Part shown: positions 46,626 through 58,186 of the stretch, in pieces | Layout of the letters: the number at the start of each line of letters is the position of its first letter | How positions within the stretch are numbered: the stretch's first letter is position 1 | Assembly (NCBI GenBank): GCA_028712075.1 | Contig: JAQTQX010000019.1 | Span: forward strand, 25,896 to 89,895 | Length of the DNA: 64,000 nt | Origin: Desulfuromonadaceae bacterium | Lineage (GTDB): Bacteria; Desulfobacterota; Desulfuromonadia; Geobacterales; Pseudopelobacteraceae | Direction: 5' to 3' | Position numbers and translations under genes: made by a program | The notes under the pieces: generated by a model | What the model was told of the DNA's origin: nothing | The model's input: the letters and a program-made list of their open reading frames with translations, nothing else | Databases searched by the model: none

Positions 46626-47999
46626 ATGGATTATTCAATTTTGGTTGTCGATGATGAAACGGATATCAGGACCGCATTAACCGGCATTCTTGAAGATGAA
46701 GGCTACCAGGTTCTGCGCGCCGAAAGCGGGGCAGAAGGGATTGAATGCGCCATGCAGGAAGTTCCTGATCTGATTCTGCTTGATATCTGGATGCCGGGCA
46801 TGGACGGTCTGGAAACCCTTGAACAGCTCAAAAAAAAGCTGCCTCAGGTGACAGTCATTATGATTTCCGGTCATGGGACGATCGAAACAGCGGTCCGTGC
46901 CACCAAACTTGGCGCGTTTGATTTTATTGAAAAACCGCTTTCACTTGAAAAGGTATTGATCAGTGTCGCCAACGCTCTTCACTTGCATGAATTGAAAGTA
47001 GAAAATGCCGAACTTAAGCGCTCTGTCTCTGCGGATTCCGAACTTGTCGGAGAATCGGCAGTCATTGTTGCCATTCGCGAACAAATCCGTCGTGTCGCGC
47101 CCTCATCGTCGCCGGTTCTGATAAGCGGTGAAAAGGGCTCTGGAAAAAATTTGATCGCCTGCTCCCTTCACTGTCACAGTCCGCGACGGGAGCGTCCTTT
47201 CGTTGCGGTTCACTGTTCATCACTTCCAGAGGAACTGATTGACAGTGAACTGTTCGGGCATGAAAAAGGGGCTTTTGCCGGGGCGACCTCTCACAAGAAA
47301 GGACGGATCGACCAAGCTGACGGCGGCACGCTGTTTCTTGATGAAATTGGCGATCTGCCGCTCTCAACCCAGATGAAACTTCTGCACGTTATTCAGGAAC
47401 GCCGTTTTGAGCGATCGGGGGGGCTGCGTCCTCATTCCGTTGATGTCAGAATCATAGCGGCGACATCCCGCCCCCTTGATCGCGATATTGTTAATGGTGC
47501 TTTCAGCTCTGATCTCTATTATCAATTGTCGACAATTTCTTTTCAGGCCACGGCACTGCGTGAACGTCTCGATGATCTCGGCATGTTGGTTCAGCATTTT
47601 GTTGCGCAATTTTTCCGCCGGGAGGGGGGCGAGGCAAAAGCTTTTCTGCCTGAGGCTGTCGAAAAACTGCTGCAGTATTCATGGCCAGGCAACCTGCGTG
47701 AATTGAAAAATATGGTGGAGCGATTACTGATTGTTGCGGACGGGCGCGTTATTTCAGCACACGACATTCCGAACCTGTCGGGGGAGCCGGCACCCGGAAA
47801 AACGTCGTCTTCTGCGCTAAATGGTGCCCTGGCACGTACGGTACTGCGGGATGCCCGTGAGGATTTCGAGCGGGAGTTCATTATTCATAAACTTGAGGAA
47901 AATGACTGGAATATTTCCCGAACGGCTGAACTCATTGAGCTGGAACGGAGCAATCTGCACCGTAAGATTAAAAGTTATGGAATTGATGTCCGGAGATAA
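46626..47999 (+). CDS. sigma-54-dependent response regulator (NtrC/NtrX family)
   Basis: REC domain (ILVVDDE..DIWMPGMDG), AAA+ domain (GEKGSGKN, GAFAGA, LFLDEIGD, WPGNLREL) and a C-terminal HTH. Confidence 0.95.
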   Translation: MDYSILVVDDETDIRTALTGILEDEGYQVLRAESGAEGIECAMQEVPDLILLDIWMPGMDGLETLEQLKKKLPQVTVIMISGHGTIETAVRATKLGAFDFIEKPLSLEKVLISVANALHLHELKVENAELKRSVSADSELVGESAVIVAIREQIRRVAPSSSPVLISGEKGSGKNLIACSLHCHSPRRERPFVAVHCSSLPEELIDSELFGHEKGAFAGATSHKKGRIDQADGGTLFLDEIGDLPLSTQMKLLHVIQERRFERSGGLRPHSVDVRIIAATSRPLDRDIVNGAFSSDLYYQLSTISFQATALRERLDDLGMLVQHFVAQFFRREGGEAKAFLPEAVEKLLQYSWPGNLRELKNMVERLLIVADGRVISAHDIPNLSGEPAPGKTSSSALNGALARTVLRDAREDFEREFIIHKLEENDWNISRTAELIELERSNLHRKIKSYGIDVRR

Positions 48000-48005
48000 C
48001 GCGTA

Positions 48006-49346
48006 ATGCCCCGTATTACAAATAAATTTTCAATATTTTGGTCTCTTGTGGTTGGCGTGCTGATCGCTGCTTGCGTGGCAATTATTTGGTATGGCCGTGG
48101 TCATACCGGTCGCCCGGTTTCTGATAAAGGCGCTTTGGCGTTATTGCACGAAGCATACACGGCTATTACCAAACGGTATGTGGAAGTGCCCGATGCTGCC
48201 AAGCTGAAATTAAAAATGGTTGACGGTATGCTCGCAACGCTTGATCCGCACAGTGCGTACCTGCCGCCTGAACCGTATCACGAAATGGAAGTGCAGATGT
48301 CAGGACAGTTCGGCGGTGTTGGCATTGAACTCGGTACCAAAGAGGGCAAACTGACTGTTATTGCGCCGATTGATGATACTCCGGCCTTCAGGGCAGGTAT
48401 TGAAGCAAATGACCTTATTGCTAAAATAGACGGGGTAACTACAAACGGCATGAACATCACCGCAGCGGTGAAAAGGATGCGTGGTCAGAAGGGGACACCG
48501 GTGACGTTGACCATTGCTCGTGCAGAACACGCCAAACCGCTCACGTTTAACCTGGTTCGAGACATAATCAAGATAAAAAGTCTGAAAGCCAAGCTGCTTG
48601 AATCAGGGTATGGATTTATTCGAATCTCCCAGTTTCAGGAACGAACCGGCAGCGAGTTTAAAGAGGCGTTACAGGAACTGCACGCAAAATCTGGCGGATC
48701 TCTGAAAGGTTTGATTCTTGATCTGCGCTATAATCCCGGGGGCTTGATCAGTTCCTGTGTTGAAGTGGTCAACTGCTTTATCGGTGATGATATCAACAAT
48801 ACCACTATCGTCAGTACCAAAGGGCGAACTCCTGGAGCAAACCATGTCTACAACGCAACGTTGGGAACCAAAGAACCGCATTATCCAATAATAGTACTCA
48901 TCAACGGTGGCAGTGCCAGCGCTTCGGAAATTGTCGCCGGCGCTATGCAGGACCACAAGCGGGCTATTGTTCTCGGTACCCGGAGTTTTGGCAAAGGTTC
49001 CGTGCAGACTATTTTTCCCATGAAGGGCAATGCTGCGCTGAAATTGACAACCGCACGTTATTACACTCCGAGTGGGCGTTCGATTCAGGCGAAAGGCATT
49101 GTTCCAGATGTGGATGTTCCCGCAATAATCCCTCTGGTCCCCAAAGAAAAAGGGGCAGAATTCAGGGAAAAGGACCTTGAGAGGAGTCTTGCCTCCGACG
49201 GCAAGGATGAGGTATCGCAACCCCGGAAAAAAGAGTCGCCTCATGGCGGTGCCGGCACAGAGACAGATGTGCAAAAAGATTTTCAATTGAGGCGGGCTGT
49301 CGAGTTGCTACAGTCTTTCGCGTTGTTGAAGGAGAAAGGGTTTTAG
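48006..49346 (+). CDS. carboxy-terminal processing protease (S41 family)
   Basis: PDZ region, then LDLRYNPGG, NGGSASASEI and SFGKGSVQ. Confidence 0.9.
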   Translation: MPRITNKFSIFWSLVVGVLIAACVAIIWYGRGHTGRPVSDKGALALLHEAYTAITKRYVEVPDAAKLKLKMVDGMLATLDPHSAYLPPEPYHEMEVQMSGQFGGVGIELGTKEGKLTVIAPIDDTPAFRAGIEANDLIAKIDGVTTNGMNITAAVKRMRGQKGTPVTLTIARAEHAKPLTFNLVRDIIKIKSLKAKLLESGYGFIRISQFQERTGSEFKEALQELHAKSGGSLKGLILDLRYNPGGLISSCVEVVNCFIGDDINNTTIVSTKGRTPGANHVYNATLGTKEPHYPIIVLINGGSASASEIVAGAMQDHKRAIVLGTRSFGKGSVQTIFPMKGNAALKLTTARYYTPSGRSIQAKGIVPDVDVPAIIPLVPKEKGAEFREKDLERSLASDGKDEVSQPRKKESPHGGAGTETDVQKDFQLRRAVELLQSFALLKEKGF

Positions 49347-49361
49347 GGGCTGACGGTTCGA

Positions 49362-49592
49362 TTATTTCAATCCACGGTTTCTGAACAATCTCATCAATAA
49401 TACACCCATGATGGAGAGACAGAGACCCACGCAGAGGAACAGATAGCCGAGTGACCGCCCTTCGCCCAAGCCCCACAGGTCCTTGTTTTTCATGAGGAGA
49501 ATCAAGGCAAGACCGCCAAAGGTTCCTATTCCGCCGATAATGTAGATCGCAAAGGCAATTATCGCCAGTCCGATTCCCTGCTTCTTGCGCAT
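49362..49592 (-). CDS. small two-TM membrane protein
   Basis: MRKKQGIGLAIIAFAIYIIGGIGTFGGLALILL...LCVGLCLSIMGVLLM. Confidence 0.45.
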   Translation of the reverse strand: MRKKQGIGLAIIAFAIYIIGGIGTFGGLALILLMKNKDLWGLGEGRSLGYLFLCVGLCLSIMGVLLMRLFRNRGLK

Positions 49593-49613
49593 AGCGTTCC
49601 GTCCTCCTTCGTT

Positions 49614-50420
49614 TCAGTCGTTCAACAGTTCCTGAAGCTTTGCTCCGATATCGTCCTCCCGCATCATTGCTTCACCGATGAGGAATGCACCTGCACCATC
49701 GGATTGCAGCGATACAATATCTGCGCGGCTGTTTATGCCGCTCTCTGTGACAAGAAAGCGGTCATGCGGCATCATTTTTGCCAGCCGCCCTGTCGTAGAA
49801 AGATCTATAGAAAAGGTTTTCAAATTGCGGTTGTTGACACCAATCAGAGTGCAGTCAGTTTGTAGTGCCAATGTCATTTCCTCTTCATCATGGACTTCAA
49901 GGAGCACGTCCAGTTTAATTTCTTTTGCGATGGCGTAAAAGTCACGTAGCTGTGCCAGATCAAGGCAGGCGGCGATCAAGAGGAGGGCATCGGCGCCGGA
50001 CGCCCGTGCCTCGAATATCTGGTAAGGATCAATGATAAAATCCTTGCGCAGCAGCGGCAGTGAAACCGCCTCACGAATCAGAGTCAGGAAGCGGAGATGC
50101 CCCATAAAAAAATGCTCATCGGTCAGCACTGACAGGCAGGTTGCGCCATTGTTCTGATAGATTTCGGAAATCTCCAGCGGATCGAAATCGGGGCGGATGA
50201 TGCCTTTACTCGGAGAGCCTTTTTTTACTTCTGCGATGATGGCAGTCCATTCTGAGGCAGTCGCCTCACGCAGACGATGCTCGAAACCGCGAGGCAGATC
50301 TTCGAGGTCGCTGATGCGTGATTTGAGATCGTTCAGCGGTGTGACGATCCTGGCAGCGGCTATTTCCTGCCTTTTATGGGTGATGATGTTTTTCAGAATG
50401 TCCGGGGTGTTCGTTGACAT
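49614..50420 (-). CDS. trpC: indole-3-glycerol phosphate synthase
   Basis: IIAEVKKGSPSKG, LSVLTDEHFF.G, LRKDFIID.YQI and IGVNNRNL. Confidence 0.95.
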   Translation of the reverse strand: MSTNTPDILKNIITHKRQEIAAARIVTPLNDLKSRISDLEDLPRGFEHRLREATASEWTAIIAEVKKGSPSKGIIRPDFDPLEISEIYQNNGATCLSVLTDEHFFMGHLRFLTLIREAVSLPLLRKDFIIDPYQIFEARASGADALLLIAACLDLAQLRDFYAIAKEIKLDVLLEVHDEEEMTLALQTDCTLIGVNNRNLKTFSIDLSTTGRLAKMMPHDRFLVTESGINSRADIVSLQSDGAGAFLIGEAMMREDDIGAKLQELLND

Positions 50421-50442
50421 ATCTCTGGTGCATCCTCTCTGG

Positions 50443-51498
50443 TCATCGCATATTCGTCATGGAGACCAATTTTTCCAACTGCTGCAGCGCTCTTCCGGAA
50501 TCAATGGCTTCGGCAGCTGCTGACATCCCTTCAGTCGGGGTCGCAACTTTCCCGGCGGCAGTCAAGGCGTAACCGGCGTTCAAAAGAACGATATCCCGGC
50601 GTGGGCCTGTCTCACCGGAGAGCACGCGACGCGCGATAGTGGCGTTGGCGCCGGCATCGCCGCCTTTCAGGGCATCAATGGTACAGCGGTTCAAGCCAAA
50701 CTGCTCCGGAGTGATAGTGGTTATGGTTACGCCGGCGGGGGTGACTGTGGCAACCAGAGTCTCACTTGTAGTAGTTATTTCGTCCATACCGTCCATGCCG
50801 TGTACGACGAAACCGTGACGGCAGCCCAGTCTGCAGAGAACGCCGGCCAGCTTTTCCACCAGGTCGGCGCGGTAGACACCCATCACCTGAGTATCGGCAG
50901 CGGCCGGGTTGGTGAGTGGCCCTAGGATATTAAAAATTGTACGAATGCCGATCTCGCGGCGTGGTCCAATGGCGTACTTCATGGCTCCGTGAAGGGCGGG
51001 GGCGAACAGGAAGCCGACGCCGATCTCAGAGATACAGCGTTCAACCGTTTCCGGGGTGACGTCAAGGCTGACGCCAAGTTTTTCGAGAACATCGGCACTA
51101 CCGCATAGTGAAGAGACCGAGCGGTTACCATGTTTTGCAACCTTGACTCCGCAGGCGGAAACGACGAATGTGACGACTGTGGAAATGTTAAAGGTGTTGG
51201 TGCCGTCACCACCGGTGCCGACTACATCCAGAATGGTTTCCTGATCGATATTAATGTCGTCCCGGTCAATGTCAAGTGCCCCTTTTCCAACGCGAATCGG
51301 GGTGGCCCGTTCACGCATGACTCGGGCGGCGCCGGTTATTTCTTCGATCGTTTCACCTTTCATGCGCAGTGCGGTGATGAAGGCTCCAATCTGCGCAGGA
51401 GTACACTCACCAGACATGATCTGATTCATTACCTCGATCATTTCACCTTCTGTAAGGTCTTTGTGCTCAACTACTTTAGCGATGGATTTTTTGATCAT
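50443..51498 (-). CDS. trpD: anthranilate phosphoribosyltransferase
   Basis: [32 protein letters not shown] and [11 protein letters not shown]. Confidence 0.95.
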   Translation of the reverse strand: MIKKSIAKVVEHKDLTEGEMIEVMNQIMSGECTPAQIGAFITALRMKGETIEEITGAARVMRERATPIRVGKGALDIDRDDINIDQETILDVVGTGGDGTNTFNISTVVTFVVSACGVKVAKHGNRSVSSLCGSADVLEKLGVSLDVTPETVERCISEIGVGFLFAPALHGAMKYAIGPRREIGIRTIFNILGPLTNPAAADTQVMGVYRADLVEKLAGVLCRLGCRHGFVVHGMDGMDEITTTSETLVATVTPAGVTITTITPEQFGLNRCTIDALKGGDAGANATIARRVLSGETGPRRDIVLLNAGYALTAAGKVATPTEGMSAAAEAIDSGRALQQLEKLVSMTNMR

Positions 51499-51515
51499 AT
51501 ACTGACCTCCAGTGT

Positions 51516-51545
51516 AAATAAAAAAGGGGATGTTTCCATCCCCTT
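51516..51545 (-). terminator. Rho-independent terminator after the response-regulator gene
   Basis: The minus strand reads AAGGGGATG-GAAA-CATCCCCTT followed by TTTTTTAT. Confidence 0.75.
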
Positions 51546-51571
51546 TCGGTTGTCATGCAAGCTGGAAGGGA

Positions 51572-52750
51572 TCAGGCCCCTTCCTTGATCTGCCTGATTG
51601 CTTCGCGGATCATGGCTTCGGCCAGGTCAGGAACGACTTCCCAGACGATCCGTTCGATCACTTCCTGGGACATAGCGGCGATGGCGGTCTTAAGCTGTTC
51701 TTCCGTCAGTGCCACAGGTACCTCTGTGGCAACAGCTGCGACAGGAAGCATCTTCTCAGAAGCAACAGCGGTATCGGGTACCGGGTCGGCCAGTGGTGCA
51801 AACGGCGTGACAGGCAGTGTAGGCGCCTCGAACGATGGGACGGCTACGCTGAAATCTGGTTCGGGAGGAGCCGATATAACGGGAGCTTCATCGTTGGCTG
51901 CAAAAACAACGTCTCCAAACGATGCCTCCGGAGGAGAAACGTCCTGTCTGGAAAATTCAGTTCCAGGTGGTTGTGTCGTAGCTCCGGCAGAAAAATCGAA
52001 AGTAGTTTCCTCTACTGGAATCCACTGGGAGCCGGTCTGCTGAGGATATGTGTCACCGCCACTGTCAGAAGTGGGTGGCGGAACAATCCCGACATCATTT
52101 TCTTCAGATACAACGGTAAAGACGTCGCGCTCAACGTCTGCCGGCTGTGTGGCAGCGTCTTTAATGCCCACCTCTTCAAGCGTTGGCGATTCTACAGGCT
52201 GGACAGGTTCTTGAGTAAAGGCGCTCCAGATATCAGAAGGCTCTTTCGGTTGCTCAACGGCAGCTTCCTGCTCAGAAAAATCAGGTGGAATATCCATCGG
52301 CTGAGGTACTATGTCGATGTCGGAACTTTGTTCAAACTGAGGTTCAGGCATTGCAACCGGTGCCGATGCGGCCCTCCTGGCGCCAAGTTCCAGAAGCTCT
52401 CTAACTTTGGTAATTATCTGCTGTGATTCAAAAGGCTTGGCAATAAAATCGTCCGCACCACATTTTTTCGCTCGTTCTTCGTCAAAAGGTTCGAATGACC
52501 CGGTCATGAGCAGGAGGGGTGTTGCCGCAAGAAGAGGAGTTGCACGAATCGCTTCAGCAACTTCGTACCCGGAAACTCCAGGCATCAGGGCATCAATCAG
52601 CAAAATATCGGGATTGATTTCATGTGCCTTGCTGATAGCTGACTTGCCGTTATCAACAACGGTCAGAGTGTATTCATCTCCCCCGAAAATAATGCCAATT
52701 ACCTTTTGGATGGTAATACTGTCATCGGCGACCAGCACATTAATGCTCAT
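51572..52750 (-). CDS. response regulator: CheY-like receiver plus long acidic/Pro-rich linker plus short conserved C-terminal helix
   Basis: ATG 52750 follows a GGGAGG RBS. REC motifs VLVADDS..DALMPG..K are followed by about 230 aa of low complexity rich in D, E, P and S. The C-terminus is SQEVIERIVWEVVPDLAEAMIREAIRQIKEG. Confidence 0.8.
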   Translation of the reverse strand: MSINVLVADDSITIQKVIGIIFGGDEYTLTVVDNGKSAISKAHEINPDILLIDALMPGVSGYEVAEAIRATPLLAATPLLLMTGSFEPFDEERAKKCGADDFIAKPFESQQIITKVRELLELGARRAASAPVAMPEPQFEQSSDIDIVPQPMDIPPDFSEQEAAVEQPKEPSDIWSAFTQEPVQPVESPTLEEVGIKDAATQPADVERDVFTVVSEENDVGIVPPPTSDSGGDTYPQQTGSQWIPVEETTFDFSAGATTQPPGTEFSRQDVSPPEASFGDVVFAANDEAPVISAPPEPDFSVAVPSFEAPTLPVTPFAPLADPVPDTAVASEKMLPVAAVATEVPVALTEEQLKTAIAAMSQEVIERIVWEVVPDLAEAMIREAIRQIKEGA

Positions 52751-52837
52751 CAATGCCTCCCTTGCTGAATGGATACGCAAGAATAAATATAGCGAACAAC
52801 TAACACAGGAGTAATATGGTGTCAAGGTATTAGCGTT

Positions 52838-54013
52838 TCAGGGTATTTTCGTGTCTCCGGCAATTTCGTCAGTGATTCTTGGCGTTGAAAATATCGAGAC
52901 CGCCAGGGTTGATATATCGCTTCGTAATTTGTTAAATTGCCGCACATGTGAGTAATCAAGGCGTACAGTCAACAGAATTACATACACGTCCTGTTCCGGG
53001 TCAATCCAGATGGAGCAGCCGCTGTAGCCGGTATGACCAAATGACATATCGGAAAAATAGCTGCCCCGGGGCGATGAAAATGGAGAGCTGATATCCCAGC
53101 CAAGTCCCCTGACAATTTTGCCGTTATGATAAAAATAGGGAGATGTCATTTGAGTTATAACCCGTTCTGTAAAGACCTGAACCCCGTTATATGTTCCATG
53201 GTTAAGAATCATCGTCGCGAATCTGTTCAAATCACTGGCGTTGCAGAATAGACCGGCATGGCCGGCAACTCCTCCGAGGCGCCGTGCGTTTATATCCTGA
53301 ACAACTCCTGCTTTCATCAGGCTGTCCTGACCCGCTGTGGGTGCTATGGTTGATACATCAGCCTGGGGAAGGAATGTGGTTTCAGCCATACCAAGCGGGG
53401 CAAATATCTCTTCAGTACAAAATGTATTCAGAGGGGTGTGTGTTACCCGTTTGAGTAGTTCCCCCAACAGTATGAAGTTAATGTCTGCATATCGGAAGTG
53501 ATTTCCAATGGTAGCCGAACTGTCCTGAAGGATGGTCTTTTCAAGCAGGCTTTGCAGCGGATCATTCTGAGGGATTTCAACATCATTAATGCCGGACGTG
53601 TGGGTAAGCAAATTGAGGATAGTGGTTTCCTCCCTGTTGGTCCCTTCAAATTCCGGGAACCAGAGGGTCAGGGGATCGAGAAGGCCGACACGTCCCTGCT
53701 CAAGAAGTTTCATGATTGCAGGAGTAGTGGCAAACACTTTTGTGAGAGAGGCGGTATCAAAAAGTGTCCGATCAGTGAGAGCGGGAGCCGCTGCATCAGG
53801 GTACAGTCTGCCTTGAGCTGTTCCGTACAGCTGGCCGGTATGATTACCAACTGCCACGACCCCACCGGCAATAAGGCCGCGACGGATGGCATTTTCCAGC
53901 ACAACATCTATGGTTGCCGCTCGGCCGATATCAAGCAGGTCATCTGCAAGTGAAAGGGTGGGTTCCAGAGAAAGAGTCAGTACAGTCAGGACGATTAAGC
54001 GGGCAATAAACAC
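52838..54013 (-). CDS. serine hydrolase (class C beta-lactamase/DD-peptidase family)
   Basis: Signal peptide, then SxxK (ASLTKVF), YxN (YADINF) and HTG (FGHTGYSG). Confidence 0.85.
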   Translation of the reverse strand: MFIARLIVLTVLTLSLEPTLSLADDLLDIGRAATIDVVLENAIRRGLIAGGVVAVGNHTGQLYGTAQGRLYPDAAAPALTDRTLFDTASLTKVFATTPAIMKLLEQGRVGLLDPLTLWFPEFEGTNREETTILNLLTHTSGINDVEIPQNDPLQSLLEKTILQDSSATIGNHFRYADINFILLGELLKRVTHTPLNTFCTEEIFAPLGMAETTFLPQADVSTIAPTAGQDSLMKAGVVQDINARRLGGVAGHAGLFCNASDLNRFATMILNHGTYNGVQVFTERVITQMTSPYFYHNGKIVRGLGWDISSPFSSPRGSYFSDMSFGHTGYSGCSIWIDPEQDVYVILLTVRLDYSHVRQFNKLRSDISTLAVSIFSTPRITDEIAGDTKIP

Positions 54014-54095
54014 AAGTTTTCTCTTCGGCTCAAGTGGTGTGGCACAAAGCCACTGAAAAAGGGAGGCAACTGTTGAATTGGTATGTTTAAAAGAT

Positions 54096-55277
54096 TCAGG
54101 AACGGTAATCAGCGTTAATGCTTACATATTCGTGTGTCAGATCTGATGTGTATACTGTTGCGCTGCCGGAGCCGATGCCCAGATCAACCGAAACAGTGAA
54201 TTCCTTCTGTTTGAGAACTTCAGTTCCCCGTGTTTCAGCATCCTCTCCGGCGAATATACCGTTTTTGGCCATACAGACACCATCAAAATGCAGCGACAAC
54301 AGCGATTGATCAACCTCCACCCCGGAATAACCGACTGCAGCAAAGATCCGGCCCCAGTTGGCATCTTGGCCAAAAAAGGCAGTCTTGACCAGGCTGGAAT
54401 TGGCAATCGCCATTGCGGCCCGTTTGGCTTCGTCATCATTTTTTGCGCCGTTGATGCGAATTTCGACAAATTTTGTCGCACCTTCACCATCTCTTACAAT
54501 CTGCTGTGCCAGTGAAAGTAGCACAGAATCGAGGATGCATGCAAAGGCGTTTCCCGCTGTGGAACCATCGGTGATCAACTGGTTTCCGGCCATGCCGTTT
54601 GCCATGATCAGGCAGGTGTCGTTGGTTGACATGTCACCATCGACAGTAATGGCATTGAATGAGCGGTCAACCGCACTGCGGAAGGCCTGCTGCAGAAATC
54701 CTGGCTCAACAGCAGCATCAGTGATGATAAAGGAAAGCATGGTGGCCATGTTGGGCATGATCATGCCTGCTCCCTTGGCAATGCCGGCAACGGTGTACCT
54801 GATATCGCTGACTGCGCCGCTGGCAGCCTCCATTTTGGGGAAGGTATCGGTGGTCATGATCGCCTGGGCGATATCGTCAAGTGTGCCGGAAGTAAGGCCG
54901 TCAACCAGGGGTGGAATGGCAGCTCTGATTCGTTCCATCGGCATTTGCACGCCAATAACTCCTGTTGAGCAGACTTGCACAGTTGCTGTTTCAATACCCA
55001 GAGCTGCGGCAACCAGATCACAGGTTTCATGAGCGACCTTCAGGCCGGCATCACCGGTGCAGGCATTGGCGTTGCCGCTGTTGACAATCAGTGCCCGGAC
55101 AGTACCGCATGCAATATGTTGCTGCGACAGGAGCACCGGGGCGGCTTTGACGCTGCTGGTAGTAAAGACGGCAGCAGCAGCAGCGGGAACCTCGGAATAA
55201 ATAAGTCCCAGATCTTTACGTCCCGCTTTCTTGATCGCTGCCTCTGCAGTTGAAAATAGAAAACCCTTTATATCCAT
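54096..55277 (-). CDS. argJ: bifunctional ornithine acetyltransferase/N-acetylglutamate synthase
   Basis: NSGNANACTG, the autocleavage site MATMLSFIITDA and the C-terminus YVSINADYRS. Confidence 0.95.
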   Translation of the reverse strand: MDIKGFLFSTAEAAIKKAGRKDLGLIYSEVPAAAAAVFTTSSVKAAPVLLSQQHIACGTVRALIVNSGNANACTGDAGLKVAHETCDLVAAALGIETATVQVCSTGVIGVQMPMERIRAAIPPLVDGLTSGTLDDIAQAIMTTDTFPKMEAASGAVSDIRYTVAGIAKGAGMIMPNMATMLSFIITDAAVEPGFLQQAFRSAVDRSFNAITVDGDMSTNDTCLIMANGMAGNQLITDGSTAGNAFACILDSVLLSLAQQIVRDGEGATKFVEIRINGAKNDDEAKRAAMAIANSSLVKTAFFGQDANWGRIFAAVGYSGVEVDQSLLSLHFDGVCMAKNGIFAGEDAETRGTEVLKQKEFTVSVDLGIGSGSATVYTSDLTHEYVSINADYRS

Positions 55278-55327
55278 GTGAGTACCCTTTCAAGAAAATG
55301 CAGTGTACAAAAGGGGTTCGGCCGTCA

Positions 55328-58021
55328 TTACTTCCCGCAGCATTTTTTGTATTTTTTACCACTACCACAGGGGCAGGTGTCATTGCGCCCGGCAACTTTC
55401 TGGCTTTTAGCCGGCTCCTGATGGTGCTCTTCGCTCCCGCCAAGGTTAAAAACCAGCTTCTTGCTCTGCATCTCCTCTTCCATCTCCTCGATTTCTTCGC
55501 CATCCTGATTGATCTGAACCCAGTAGATACGCTCGACAACCTCTTCACGGATGCGAATCATCATCTCCATGAACAGATTATACGCCTCTTTTTTGTACTC
55601 CTGTTTCGGGTCTTTCTGGCCATAGCCGCGCAGTCCGATACCTTCCTTGAGATGATCGATATTAAGCAGATGATCCTTCCAATGGGTATCAATAGCCTGC
55701 AGCATCATAATCTTGATGAGATGGTCCATTAATTCATCACCCATCTCCTGAACCCGACCATCAAACAGTGCGTGTGCCTGCTCGTTGAGAGTCTCCCTGA
55801 AATTGACCGGCGTCAAACGTCCGATCATTTCCCGCGGCAGGTCAAGATGCAGATTGAAGCATTTGAAGACACTGTCACTTATCCCCTGCCAATCCCACTC
55901 AAACGGTGAAACCTTCTCGACGGCATAGGCCGAGGAGATATCCTCTATCGTTTCGTCAAGCATTTCCAGGAAACTGCCACGAATATCCTGCCCGCCAAGA
56001 ATTTCACGGCGCTGGGTATAAATGACCTCACGCTGCTTGTTCATGACATCATCGTATTCGATAAGATGTTTACGGATATCAAAGTTGTGCGCTTCCACTT
56101 TTTTCTGAGCATTCTCAATTGATTTTGAGATCATGCTATGAGTAATAGCCTCCCCCTCTTCAATTTTGAGCAGATCCATGATTTTGGAGACCCGCTCTGA
56201 TCCGAAAATGCGCAGCAGGTCGTCTTCCAGGGACAGGTAAAATTTTGATGAGCCGGGGTCACCCTGGCGACCGGAGCGGCCACGCAGCTGGTTATCGATG
56301 CGGCGTGATTCGTGACGTTCCGTACCAAGAATATGGAGACCACCAAGTGAGATCACTTCTTCATGCTCGGCAAGGCACTCGGCCTTATAGGTGGCAAGTA
56401 CGCCTTCATACTGTTCGTCAGTCGCATCGGGATTGGCGCGTCGCCACTGTTTGGCAAGTGCATCCGGATTGCCTCCCAGTACAATATCGGTACCCCGTCC
56501 GGCCATGTTGGTGGCGATCATTATAGCGTGTTTGCGTCCTGCCTGGGATACGATTTCCGCCTCACGCTCATGCTGTTTGGCATTCAGGACGCTGTGCGGT
56601 ATCCCCTCACGCTTCAGCAGTTCAGATAACACCTCGGATTTCTCAATTGATATGGTTCCGACGAGACAGGGCTGACCAACAGTATAGTGGGTTTTGATGT
56701 CTTCTATGACCGCCTTGAACTTTTCTTTTTCTGTTTTGTAAATGACGTCAGGAAAGTCAGGTCTGAGCAGTGGCCTGTTGGTCGGGATAACGCTCACTTC
56801 AAGCTTGTAAATCTTATGAAATTCCTCGGCTTCCGTATCAGCAGTGCCGGTCATGCCGGACAGTTTGGCGTACATGCGGAAATAGTTCTGAAAGGTAATG
56901 GTAGCCAGGGTCTGGTTCTCGTTCTCAATTTTGACCCCCTCTTTTGCCTCAATTGCCTGGTGCAGGCCGTCTGACCAGCGTCGGCCGGGCATGAGCCTGC
57001 CGGTGAACTCATCGACAATCATGACTTCGCCGTCTTTAACGACATAGTCGACATCGAGTTTGTACATGGCGTGAGCACGAAGCGCCTGATTGACGTGATG
57101 GAGAATTTCTATGTTGCGGGGATCATACAGGTTGTCAATTTTCAGGAGCTTCTCCACTTTCAGAACACCCTGCTCGGTTAACGACGCACTCTTGGCTTTT
57201 TCGTCAATGGTAAAATCACCGGTATACTGTTTGCGCTTTCCGGAAAGAGTATTCGCTTCAACTTCGAGCACTTCGCCCTTTTCGAGCTTCGGAATGATGG
57301 CATTGATAATATAGTATTTGTCGGTGGAATCTTCCGTGGGGCCTGAAATGATCAGCGGCGTACGGGCTTCGTCGATCAGGATGGAGTCAACTTCGTCAAC
57401 GATGGCGTAATTAAAACCGCGCTGAACATAGTCAGCCAGGTCGAATTTCATGTTGTCGCGCAGATAATCGAAGCCGAATTCGTTGTTTGTGCCGTAGGTA
57501 ATGTCTGCGGCATAATTGGCCCGTCGCTGGTCGTCTTCAACGCCGTGAACGATGATGCCGACGCTCAGGCCAAGAAAGCTGTACAGCCGACCCATCCATT
57601 CGGAGTCACGCTTTGCGAGGTAATCGTTAACGGTAACAACGTGAACCCCATTACCGGAAATTGCATTCAGATAGGCGGGGAGGGTGGCAACCAATGTTTT
57701 CCCTTCCCCTGTTTTCATTTCAGCAATTTTTCCTGAATGAAGCACCATGCCGCCGATCAGCTGGACATCAAAATGGCGCATGCCAAGGACACGCTTGCCC
57801 GCTTCACGACAGACGGCAAAAGCCTCGGGGAGCAATGCATCGAGAGACTCTCCTTTTGCGTGGCGTTCCTTGAATTCAGTGGTTTTATGCTTCAGTTGTT
57901 CGTCGGAAAGCTGCTCTAAGGAGGCTTCAAGGGCATTAATCTGCGCGACGATGGGCCACATTTTCTTAAGCTCGCGCTCGTTCTTGCTGCCGATAAACTT
58001 TTTTATGAGGGAACTGAACAT
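55328..58021 (-). CDS. secA: preprotein translocase ATPase SecA
   Basis: [42 protein letters not shown] and the C-terminal zinc motif [14 protein letters not shown]. Confidence 0.97.
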   Translation of the reverse strand: MFSSLIKKFIGSKNERELKKMWPIVAQINALEASLEQLSDEQLKHKTTEFKERHAKGESLDALLPEAFAVCREAGKRVLGMRHFDVQLIGGMVLHSGKIAEMKTGEGKTLVATLPAYLNAISGNGVHVVTVNDYLAKRDSEWMGRLYSFLGLSVGIIVHGVEDDQRRANYAADITYGTNNEFGFDYLRDNMKFDLADYVQRGFNYAIVDEVDSILIDEARTPLIISGPTEDSTDKYYIINAIIPKLEKGEVLEVEANTLSGKRKQYTGDFTIDEKAKSASLTEQGVLKVEKLLKIDNLYDPRNIEILHHVNQALRAHAMYKLDVDYVVKDGEVMIVDEFTGRLMPGRRWSDGLHQAIEAKEGVKIENENQTLATITFQNYFRMYAKLSGMTGTADTEAEEFHKIYKLEVSVIPTNRPLLRPDFPDVIYKTEKEKFKAVIEDIKTHYTVGQPCLVGTISIEKSEVLSELLKREGIPHSVLNAKQHEREAEIVSQAGRKHAIMIATNMAGRGTDIVLGGNPDALAKQWRRANPDATDEQYEGVLATYKAECLAEHEEVISLGGLHILGTERHESRRIDNQLRGRSGRQGDPGSSKFYLSLEDDLLRIFGSERVSKIMDLLKIEEGEAITHSMISKSIENAQKKVEAHNFDIRKHLIEYDDVMNKQREVIYTQRREILGGQDIRGSFLEMLDETIEDISSAYAVEKVSPFEWDWQGISDSVFKCFNLHLDLPREMIGRLTPVNFRETLNEQAHALFDGRVQEMGDELMDHLIKIMMLQAIDTHWKDHLLNIDHLKEGIGLRGYGQKDPKQEYKKEAYNLFMEMMIRIREEVVERIYWVQINQDGEEIEEMEEEMQSKKLVFNLGGSEEHHQEPAKSQKVAGRNDTCPCGSGKKYKKCCGK

Positions 58022-58186
58022 AATGTTTTCTCCAGAAGATTATATGAATGTTGCGTAACGTCGGCTGAGTTCTTGTCAAAAAGACGTATCTACCGACACG
58101 CTTTCCATACCACAATTTACCGGTTAATACCATACTGCTTTGGTCCTGTCGCCATGCACTGCTGTTCAGGCGATACAGCACCAGTG

